Shown here: piece by piece, positions 34,671 to 42,606 of the stretch
Numbering within the stretch: position 1 is the first letter of the stretch
Layout of the letters: each line of letters begins with the position of its first letter
Assembly (NCBI GenBank): GCA_003149935.1
Contig: QAMH01000009.1
Span: forward strand, 2,774 to 66,773
Direction of reading: 5' to 3'
Source: Coriobacteriia bacterium
GTDB lineage: Bacteria; Actinomycetota; Coriobacteriia; Coriobacteriales; QAMH01
Length of the DNA stretch: 64,000 nucleotides
Position numbers and translations under genes: made by a program
Notes under the pieces: model-generated
Database searches by the model: none
What the model saw: only the letters and a program-made list of their open reading frames with translations
What the model was told of the DNA's origin: nothing

Positions 34671-37052
34671 CTACCTCAACTCCCCGAATTTATCCTGGAT
34701 AAGCTGCATGTCCGTATCAAAGTTCTCATCCGTGCCTTCGATATTGCAGAGCATGCATTTGAACGGTGCGCCGAAGCCCAGCTTACCGACATGAAAATTC
34801 GGGATGAGATTGTTGATGTTGGAGCGGTATACACCGTAGTTATGCGGCGCATTACCGTCCTCCTCCGGGAACCACCAGCCGTGCTGCGCATGAATCACAT
34901 CGGGCTTCACGGACACCGTCAGCTTCGCCTTGAGATAGGCCTCGCCGAACTGGTTGTACACACGGCACCATTGCCCATCAACGATGCCAAGCTTCTTGGC
35001 CGTCTCGGGATTAATTTCCACGAGCGGATTGGGGTTCAACTCGCGAAGGCGCGGAATCTGGCGATGCTCCGAGTGGAAGAACGCGTAGGTGCGCGCACCA
35101 GTCGTGAGCACGAACGGATAGTCTTTCAGGAGCTCCGGCGTGCTGATGGGGCTGAAATCGGGTTCCTCGTAATACGGCAGCGGGTCGTCGCCGAACTGTT
35201 GGAAGCCCAGATTGTAGAGCTCGACGCGGCCGGTCGGCGTATTGAAGCCAGGTGCGCCGTCAGGACGCATCAGACCCTTCTCGTACTTGTAGTACTCGTT
35301 CTTGCTCTGGATGCACACCTGCTCGCGCAGTTCCTCGAACGTGCGGCTCTTGCCGAAACGCAGGAATTGCAACAGGTCATAGTAGCTATCAAACTCCTCG
35401 AAGCGCTTGGGGTTGAGACGCTTGCCGAGGATGTAGAGCAGCTCGAGATCACCGCGGCAATCGCCCTCGTCAACGCATTTGTTCTGCGTGCCGAAGTACA
35501 GGGGCGCCGATCCATATGCGGCAGCCACCGTGCTGTCGCGCTCGACGACCGTGGCCAGCGGCAAGACGATGTCGCAGACTGCCTGGATGGACGGCGTCAT
35601 GAAGCAGTCGAATCCGATGACGAACTCGAGTGAGCGGTTGATGGCCGCTTCCCAACGCTTGGGCTCAGCCGACGTGCAGGCAAGCAGGTTGTTGCCCGCA
35701 AAGGCGCCGATGCGCAGAGGATACGGATCGTCGGTCTCCATGCAGCGCAGCGTGAGGTCGGCGTGCGAGTTCTGGCTCATGCCGCAGTATGCCGGGTACT
35801 CCTTGAGACCTATCATCTTGGCGCGCAGCTCGTCGTCGTCAAGTGCCATGTAGGGCATGTACTCGTCGTCTTCCTCGGTGTCGGCGTCGAGCGCGACAGC
35901 GCCGCCTGTGGTTATCTGACCGCCGGGACGGTCGATGTTACCCGTGATGGCCATGAGGGCGATGATGCACTGCGCCTGCTGCATGCCGTTGGTCTTCTGG
36001 TCGGTCGCAAGACCCCACTGGATCGTGGCGGCCTCGGCGTTGGCGTACATGCGCGCCGCTCCGATGATGTCCTCGGCGGGAATGCCGCAGATCTCGGCAG
36101 CCTTCTCGGGCGGCATGGTGGCAACACGCTCGGCGAGCTGCTCGAAGCCGTAACACCACTTCTCAACGAACTCATGGTCGTAGAGACCCTCGCGGATTAT
36201 CACGTCGAGCATCGCCATGGCAATGGCCGTGTCGGTGCCGGGGCGCAATTGCAGGTGATAGGCCGCGCGCGTCGTGAGCCAGTTGACGCGCGAGTCGACC
36301 ATAATGAGCTTGCTGCCACGCTTCATGAGGTCGATAACCGCGTGACCAAACGCACCGTCCGGATTCGATACCGTGGGCACCTTGCCCCACAGCACGACTG
36401 CCTCGGGGATGTGGTACTCGGGATCCTCGTAGCGGCCAGGCAGACAACCCGCGTAGTCCATCTCAGGGTAGACCAAGCCAGCAGACATGGTGCCAGCAGC
36501 CAGACGTGGGAAATAACACGCGTACCCTGACTGCGTATAGCAGGCGTTGGGCGTTTGCCACACCATCGCAGTGTAGGTCATGCACGAGACGCCGCCCTCG
36601 CGCCCAGTGCCTCCGAAGTTCACGAAGCTTTCCTTGCCGTACTTGCTCGTGATCTCGGTGTAGCGCTTCTCGATGAGATCAAGCGCCTCATCCCAGGTAA
36701 TCTTCTCCCACGCGTCTGCCTGCCCGCGCTTGTCGCGATCACGCTTCATCGGATGCAGAATGCGGGAGTTGTTGTACTCGTAGTCCTTCAGCGCAATGCA
36801 GCGTACGCAGAGGCGCCCCTGGGTGACGGGATGGTTCTCGTCTCCTTCGACCTTGACGAGGCGCCCGTTCTCGTCGGTATAGAGCTTGAGACCACAGCCA
36901 ACCGGATGACAACCCGGTGGTGACCACACGCAGCTCCTCGTAACGGTTAGCCCCGTGTCCTCATCTGTGAACCTCCAGGGCTTACCCAGGTCGTTCACGT
37001 CAGAGAGACTGTCCAGCTTGACAGCTGGCGACGCGGTCTTTCTTAACGCCAT
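34671..37052 (-). CDS. Molybdopterin (bis-MGD) oxidoreductase catalytic subunit, DMSO-reductase superfamily, no Tat signal
   Basis: N-terminal Cys cluster (SCVWSPPGCHPVGCG...RLCVRC) and conserved molybdopterin-binding blocks through ~790 aa. ATG 37052 is preceded by GAGGAG. The N-terminus MALRKTASPAVK... lacks a twin-arginine motif. Confidence 0.9.
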   Translation of the reverse strand: MALRKTASPAVKLDSLSDVNDLGKPWRFTDEDTGLTVTRSCVWSPPGCHPVGCGLKLYTDENGRLVKVEGDENHPVTQGRLCVRCIALKDYEYNNSRILHPMKRDRDKRGQADAWEKITWDEALDLIEKRYTEITSKYGKESFVNFGGTGREGGVSCMTYTAMVWQTPNACYTQSGYACYFPRLAAGTMSAGLVYPEMDYAGCLPGRYEDPEYHIPEAVVLWGKVPTVSNPDGAFGHAVIDLMKRGSKLIMVDSRVNWLTTRAAYHLQLRPGTDTAIAMAMLDVIIREGLYDHEFVEKWCYGFEQLAERVATMPPEKAAEICGIPAEDIIGAARMYANAEAATIQWGLATDQKTNGMQQAQCIIALMAITGNIDRPGGQITTGGAVALDADTEEDDEYMPYMALDDDELRAKMIGLKEYPAYCGMSQNSHADLTLRCMETDDPYPLRIGAFAGNNLLACTSAEPKRWEAAINRSLEFVIGFDCFMTPSIQAVCDIVLPLATVVERDSTVAAAYGSAPLYFGTQNKCVDEGDCRGDLELLYILGKRLNPKRFEEFDSYYDLLQFLRFGKSRTFEELREQVCIQSKNEYYKYEKGLMRPDGAPGFNTPTGRVELYNLGFQQFGDDPLPYYEEPDFSPISTPELLKDYPFVLTTGARTYAFFHSEHRQIPRLRELNPNPLVEINPETAKKLGIVDGQWCRVYNQFGEAYLKAKLTVSVKPDVIHAQHGWWFPEEDGNAPHNYGVYRSNINNLIPNFHVGKLGFGAPFKCMLCNIEGTDENFDTDMQLIQDKFGELR

Positions 37053-37188
37053 GTCCTGCTCCTCTCGCTCGAAATGCACAATGATTCGCCATAACGCAAG
37101 CATATGAGCGTGAAGGGGTACCGAAAAGCTATCGCGTGGTGCCGTATGGCTGGACAGACCCGAACGCTGCGGCCAGTTGCGATGAGAC

Positions 37189-37205
37189 CCGTACTCAGAG
37201 TACGG
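37189..37205. promoter_or_regulatory. Palindromic operator candidate CCGTAC-TCAGA-GTACGG
   Basis: A perfect 6-N5-6 palindrome in the divergent intergenic region, repeated with the same half-sites at 37298-37314. Confidence 0.4.
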
Positions 37206-37297
37206 ATTAGACAACATTTTCCTGCCTCCGAGTACAAGTGTCTACGGATATTTCCAGGTGATAGCTATAATTTTACCGAGAGTCCGTGCGTTCGATT

Positions 37298-37314
37298 CCG
37301 TACCAATCGTACGG
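37298..37314. promoter_or_regulatory. Palindromic operator candidate CCGTAC-CAATC-GTACGG (extended ATTCCGTAC..GTACGGAAT)
   Basis: A perfect 6-N5-6 palindrome, 21 nt upstream of the PucR-type regulator ATG. Confidence 0.4.
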
Positions 37315-37334
37315 AATAAGTGAAATGAGATGGT

Positions 37335-38564
37335 ATGTTCCTGAGCATGGAGATACTGGCAGGCGACCTTGCACAATGGCATGCGTCTGCACATGTGCGC
37401 AATGCGGAAGGGAGCAGGCAGATTCGCTATGTGACACCTGCTGGCGCTCTGCCGCTTGATGATGCCACCGCCTTGTATGCCATGCGCGCAAACGAACTTG
37501 CAAGTTGCGCGTCCCGGGCTAAGGATGGCACCAACCTATTGTGTGTGGGCATTCCTGATGAAGAAGACCTGCTTGCATGCGAAGCGCTCAACGTCCTGAT
37601 ACTCGATGCGCCGGAAAGTGACTTTGATCGTGCCCTCAAAGACTGCGCCGAGGCCATCGCCTGGTATGCGGACGGCTTTACGAACCTTGCCGATGCTGTT
37701 GAGCGTGGCGACGAGGAGGCGATGCGCCGTGCGGCTGCGCTCTTGCGCTATTGTCTGCATGATGAACCGACGCAGGATGCCGATCCGAGCGCCTTGGCCG
37801 AGCAACTTAACTTACTGCTGCATCGCAACATAACCTCGTGGCAACTGCTCGAGGACACCATTGCCGATTGGGGTTGGGATCTGCTCGATGAGTACCTTTG
37901 CGTAACGAGCACAATTCCCGACGGGGCGTTTCGCTCAATGCTCGCAACCATTCAACCCGAGGCGACGGACAATACACCTGCGCAGGTGTATTTGCCTCAA
38001 GAGGAGTATCTAGTCGTCGTCGTGAATCTCACGCATGCCAAGATGGGGTATCGCGAGGCGGCATCCGAGATTGCCGTTCGCCTGCACGCACTCTCAAAAG
38101 AAGCGCGCGTTGGGGCGAGCAATCCATTCAGCGAGCTGCAGGATCTCTACTACTACGGCCAGCAGGCCAAGTCAGCCGTGCAGATGAGCATCGCGTTGAG
38201 CGCCGACGAGGACGTGTCGATCTTTCACGACCGCTTCCTTGATTTCGTGGCGCTGCATCTACTGGAGACGTGCCCACCGACGACGCTGTTTCCACCAGGG
38301 TACAGCCGCCTGCGTAATTACGAGCATGGCCAGGCGCGCACGAGTTCACTGCTGCACTTCCTCGATAGCTATATCGAGCATGACTTCCAGATGAAGCCCA
38401 CGGTTGCGGCAGAATATTGCTCGCGCACGACAGCATTCGACAAGTTACGCAAGATCAAGCAAATTACGGGCATGGATCTCGATGACCCCAATACGCGCGC
38501 AGCGCTGCGCCTGGCAACGCATGCGATACGGCTCTCGAAGATATCGCCTCGTCAGCCGGAGTAG
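37335..38564 (+). CDS. PucR/CdaR-family transcriptional regulator
   Basis: The C-terminal PucR-type HTH (LLHFLDSYIEHDFQMKPTVAAEYCSRTTAFDKLRKIKQITGMDLDDPNTRAALRLA). Divergent from the molybdoenzyme operon. Confidence 0.8.
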   Translation: MFLSMEILAGDLAQWHASAHVRNAEGSRQIRYVTPAGALPLDDATALYAMRANELASCASRAKDGTNLLCVGIPDEEDLLACEALNVLILDAPESDFDRALKDCAEAIAWYADGFTNLADAVERGDEEAMRRAAALLRYCLHDEPTQDADPSALAEQLNLLLHRNITSWQLLEDTIADWGWDLLDEYLCVTSTIPDGAFRSMLATIQPEATDNTPAQVYLPQEEYLVVVVNLTHAKMGYREAASEIAVRLHALSKEARVGASNPFSELQDLYYYGQQAKSAVQMSIALSADEDVSIFHDRFLDFVALHLLETCPPTTLFPPGYSRLRNYEHGQARTSSLLHFLDSYIEHDFQMKPTVAAEYCSRTTAFDKLRKIKQITGMDLDDPNTRAALRLATHAIRLSKISPRQPE

Positions 38565-38590
38565 GCGAGGCGAAGCTCCGGTTGAGCGAG

Positions 38591-38630
38591 GAGATCTCTC
38601 GACTCCGCTTCCCTCCGCTCGAAATGACAG
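38591..38630. repeat. Single copy of the dispersed element (GAGATCTCTCGACTCCGCTTCCCTCCGCTCGAAATGACAG)
   Basis: Read directly. It lies between the convergent stops of the PucR regulator and the AAA-MTase gene. Confidence 0.75.
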
Positions 38631-38635
38631 CGGGG

Positions 38636-40882
38636 CTATTTGCGTGCGTTGAACGCCACTGCCTCGAAGCGGACCGTTTCGGTAGTTGGAACGGTCTCGA
38701 CCACCGTACTCGAGGTGAAGCCGCGATCGGCTTCGACCGAATACAAGTCGACGACCTCGACATCCGCGAATCCCGCGGCCTCCATCTGGCTACGCAGCAG
38801 ATCTTCGGGGCGTGCCGCTTGGATGCTGTTGCCGATGTTGCGAGCAGCCTCGACTACTGCCTCGTCGCGCGTCACGTCCGACACGATCGTCTCGCAGATA
38901 AGCAAGCCACCGGGCTTGAGCACGCGATAAAACTCCTCGAGCGCCTTTTGCTGATCGTAGAGCAGTGTCATAACGTTGTTGATGTAGACGACGTCAACAG
39001 TCCCCTCTCCGATGCCAGCCTGCATGAGATCCTCGGGGTAGGCAACCTTGAAGCTCATGTTATTGGCCTTGAGGCCGTTCTTGCGCCACGCCTTCTCGGA
39101 ATCGACAATGGCCTCCTCGATGTAGCTCGGCGACCAGTCGACGCCGATGACGTGACCCGTACCGCCCACCTTCGCGCTGAACTTGAAACAGCCCTTGCCA
39201 CGCCTGCACGCCACATCGAGCACGGTCTTGCCCTTGAGCTGCGCAGCATCGGGCAGGGTCATCTTGCTCATGGACGCAAAGCCATACTCGAACTGCTTGC
39301 CGCCGTAGTACTCGGCGATCGTCTGGCCACCCGTCGCGGCAGTCTCGCCCGGCTGCATGGCCTCCTCGGCGTTGATGTCGAGCGTACGCACGCGCTCAGC
39401 GAGGCTACGGCGATGTTCATCAACCTGGAGCTCGTCATTGTGCGCGTAATACTCCTCATTGCCATAGTGAGCGATGAACTGAGTGGTCGTTTGGCGCGTC
39501 GTAATCTCGGCGATCGCAACGAGCATCTCGCGTCCGTTGCCCCAGGCCTCCTCGATGAACTTGATCGCATTGGTCATCTGCGTGTCCGCCGTCTTGACGA
39601 GCGGATCGATTGCGTTGACCTCATCGCGGTACGCATCGCTGATGGTCGCGAAGGCATCCTCGCCAGCCACCGTACCCGCAAGTCTGCACTGCTCCACGAG
39701 GCGTTTGAGCTTGGCGATGACGAGACCCTCCTTGCGCTCGAAGCTCGGCTTGGCAGTGCCGGAAGCAACCTTGCGCGCCAAGCTCTGCTCGCGCGCCGAG
39801 ATGACGACTCCAACGGTATCATCCACCGCTGCCCCTTCGAGCAATCTCGGCTTGGCATCGCGCAGGATGTCGCGCAGCTCGATGACGACCTCCTCCTGCT
39901 CAAGGGCATGCGCACACGACGTAGAGACTGCATCGAGCATGAGGCCTAGCAACGCCACGCGCTCATCAAACTCGGCACCACGCGCACGGTTAATGATATC
40001 GAGTCCCGCCTCACCGGCGAGAATGCTCATGATCTGGTAGTCAGAGCGGTACTTGTCGAAGAGGTTGTAGTACACCGAGAAGCTATCGGCGATGTCGTCG
40101 TCGCGCAGGAACTGCCCGATGAGATCGCGGCTGATCGGCTTGCTCATTTCCTCGTAGAGCGCAATGGCCTCGGCCAAATCCTCCCAACCGCGTGCGGTGA
40201 CGAAGCTCTTGCCACCACCGGGCTTGGACTGCACGAGGTAGAAGCAGTCGGGCTTGGCCTCGAGGAAGGTCGTTACCACCGGATGTATGCCCTTCTGCGT
40301 GGCGTAGCGCTTCCATGCGGCATACTCGGGCTCGACTTCGATTTCGCGTAAGCGGTCGAGCGTAACGATGTCGAATTCATGTACCGATTTGTTGTACTCG
40401 GGCGGGTTTCCCGCGCAGACGATGATCCAATCATGCGGAATGCGGTGACGGCCAAAGGTCTTGAACTGCAGGAACTGGAGCATCGAAGGATATAGCGTCT
40501 CGGAGACGCAGTTGATCTCGTCGAGGAACAGGATGCCCGCATGCAGGCCCGTCTCGCTCATGTAATCGTAGATGGACGAGACGATCTCGCTCATCGTGTA
40601 CTCGGAGGAGTCGTACTCGAAGCCCTCAAACTCGTTATGCACGATGCGTGGCAGGCCCAGTGCGCTTTGACGCGTGTGATGTGTCATGGAGTACGAAACG
40701 ATGCCGATCTGAAGTTCCTGGGCAATCTGCTCCATGATGGCGGTCTTGCCAATACCAGGTGCGCCAATGAGGAAGATTGGCCGTTGGCGCGCGGGGTTGA
40801 TCTTGTACATTCCCGCGTCATCCTTGAGAAGGTAGGCCTCGACGGAGTCCTTGATCTGTTCCTTTGCGTCGGCAATGTTCAT
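38636..40882 (-). CDS. MoxR/AAA_5-type ATPase fused to a C-terminal class I SAM-dependent methyltransferase
   Basis: Walker A is LIGAPGIGKT and Walker B is ILFLDEIN, with ...IVCAGNPPEYN.... A ~270-aa helical middle region follows. The C-terminal MTase (VLDVACRRGKGCFKF...GHVIGVDW...LKPGGLLICE) is paralogous to 44898-45656. Confidence 0.85.
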   Translation of the reverse strand: MNIADAKEQIKDSVEAYLLKDDAGMYKINPARQRPIFLIGAPGIGKTAIMEQIAQELQIGIVSYSMTHHTRQSALGLPRIVHNEFEGFEYDSSEYTMSEIVSSIYDYMSETGLHAGILFLDEINCVSETLYPSMLQFLQFKTFGRHRIPHDWIIVCAGNPPEYNKSVHEFDIVTLDRLREIEVEPEYAAWKRYATQKGIHPVVTTFLEAKPDCFYLVQSKPGGGKSFVTARGWEDLAEAIALYEEMSKPISRDLIGQFLRDDDIADSFSVYYNLFDKYRSDYQIMSILAGEAGLDIINRARGAEFDERVALLGLMLDAVSTSCAHALEQEEVVIELRDILRDAKPRLLEGAAVDDTVGVVISAREQSLARKVASGTAKPSFERKEGLVIAKLKRLVEQCRLAGTVAGEDAFATISDAYRDEVNAIDPLVKTADTQMTNAIKFIEEAWGNGREMLVAIAEITTRQTTTQFIAHYGNEEYYAHNDELQVDEHRRSLAERVRTLDINAEEAMQPGETAATGGQTIAEYYGGKQFEYGFASMSKMTLPDAAQLKGKTVLDVACRRGKGCFKFSAKVGGTGHVIGVDWSPSYIEEAIVDSEKAWRKNGLKANNMSFKVAYPEDLMQAGIGEGTVDVVYINNVMTLLYDQQKALEEFYRVLKPGGLLICETIVSDVTRDEAVVEAARNIGNSIQAARPEDLLRSQMEAAGFADVEVVDLYSVEADRGFTSSTVVETVPTTETVRFEAVAFNARK

Positions 40883-40912
40883 GGCCTTGATCCTTTCTTC
40901 GAGACCGTCTTA

Positions 40913-42595
40913 TCACGAATGGGCGCGCTCGGCGCTCTTGAATCGGTTGATGCCGTCCTCATCTATCACGACGCGCATGGTCCACGGCGGCACACTTGGC
41001 AGATGCGTCTCGCCGTTGTCGATGAAGACGAACGCCACGTCATACGGTGGCATCTTGTCGGGGTAATAGCCCAAACCGTCCGTAAAGTACAAAAGTCCCT
41101 GCAAGTTTTCGAGCTCTCCACGGTCTTGCAAGTCGGACACATAATCGAAGACCGGTCTGAAATCGGTGCCGCCGAAGCCCCGCACATAGAAGTTGGCGAG
41201 GTACTCCTTGAGCTGCTCAGGGTTCGTGATCTTGGTGTCAGATTGCACGCGCGCATCGCATTGGATGATGTGGATGTTCACCTTGGTACCGAATTCCTCG
41301 GAGTTCATGAGAATGTCAAAGGTGTGCTCGATGAAACGCTTGCAAAGATCGCCGCTCACAGACTCGGAGGTATCGATGGCGATGACGAAGTCACGCACGC
41401 TCTTCGTCTCCTTGTACTCAAGCGGCTCGACAAGTGGCATATTGCCGTAGAGTTCCAGCCCGTAGGTGTAGAAGATGTAATCGAACTCATCGTCATTGAT
41501 GCGCATGTCCTCGTGCACTGTCGCGAAACGACGCAGGAAATCGCTGTAGTCGTAGGTCTTGCGGTTGGCGATAGCCAAACTCGAGATGAGATCACGCGCC
41601 TCGTCGCCCCATTCCTTGGAGAAGGTCTCGAGGTTCATCTCGATCTGACGACTGATCTCCTCCCACTCCTTTTCCTCGTGAGCATTCTCGTCGTTGACCT
41701 GCTGTTCCGTGTCAGTCTCGCTGCTCGAACCCTCAAGCTCGTCATCACTCGTATCGAGCCCCGAGCCATCGACGTTAGAGCTCGCGTCCTCGGCATCGTC
41801 GTCTTCGGAAGCCTGCTCGTCATCACCATCATCCTGACCTTCTTGTTTCTGGTCGGAGGAGGGATCGGACTGGCTCATGTCCATATCGCTCGTCGACTGC
41901 AGGCTCTGGTCGCTCGTATCCGCCACCTCGTCGGCGTTGTCGTCCTCCTCGCCAATCTCCTCGATATCACCAGGCTTTTCTTCGCCCTCCTGGTCATTGA
42001 AGGCTGGCCACGACTCATGGTTGTCGCGTTCGAACAGTGCCTGCATCTCGACGATGTTGCTCTTCGAGTAGCTGAAGTAGCTCGTCCCCTCCGGATTCTT
42101 CATGATGCGGTCGAACAGGTGGTAGAGCTTGGCCGGCATGAGCGTGCCCACGGTCTGCCTTACCTGCGAGAGATATTGCTCGCGGTCCGCATCCTGCTCG
42201 CTTGTGAAGCGCGTCGCGCACATCTCCATGGCAACGCTTTCGACGATGACGTCGCAGGCTAGCGACCATGCCTCTCGGTTGCGTAGATAGTCGCGATTAT
42301 ACGGATGGCGAAAAATGCAGTGCAGGACCAGGTGCAGGTAATCACGCACCGCCTCGTCGAAGGACTCTTCAAAGCGCGCCAACACGCTGTAAGGTTCAAA
42401 ATAGATGTTCTTGCCGTCCGTCGAGAGTGGATAGCGGGCATGCGCGTGCACGGGAACGAGCTCCATGCGCCATAACGCAAGGTCGAGAAAGCGGAACTTG
42501 AGCATGAGCTGGACGCGACATTCCTCGATGATATCGGTGGCGAGACGCGCAGCCCGATTGAAGCGCTCGGTCTTCTCGTCGGTAATGTGCGCCAC
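40913..42595 (-). CDS. DUF2201-type protein: metallopeptidase-like N-domain, poly-acidic linker, vWA domain
   Basis: The N-domain contains YLHLVLHCIFRHPY. Residues ~201-312 are a D/E/S-rich linker. The C-terminal vWA has a MIDAS-like AIDTSESVSG and GGTDF. GTG 42595 is preceded by AGGGGA. Confidence 0.8.
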   Translation of the reverse strand: MAHITDEKTERFNRAARLATDIIEECRVQLMLKFRFLDLALWRMELVPVHAHARYPLSTDGKNIYFEPYSVLARFEESFDEAVRDYLHLVLHCIFRHPYNRDYLRNREAWSLACDVIVESVAMEMCATRFTSEQDADREQYLSQVRQTVGTLMPAKLYHLFDRIMKNPEGTSYFSYSKSNIVEMQALFERDNHESWPAFNDQEGEEKPGDIEEIGEEDDNADEVADTSDQSLQSTSDMDMSQSDPSSDQKQEGQDDGDDEQASEDDDAEDASSNVDGSGLDTSDDELEGSSSETDTEQQVNDENAHEEKEWEEISRQIEMNLETFSKEWGDEARDLISSLAIANRKTYDYSDFLRRFATVHEDMRINDDEFDYIFYTYGLELYGNMPLVEPLEYKETKSVRDFVIAIDTSESVSGDLCKRFIEHTFDILMNSEEFGTKVNIHIIQCDARVQSDTKITNPEQLKEYLANFYVRGFGGTDFRPVFDYVSDLQDRGELENLQGLLYFTDGLGYYPDKMPPYDVAFVFIDNGETHLPSVPPWTMRVVIDEDGINRFKSAERAHS

Positions 42596-42606
42596 GCCGC
42601 GTCCCC

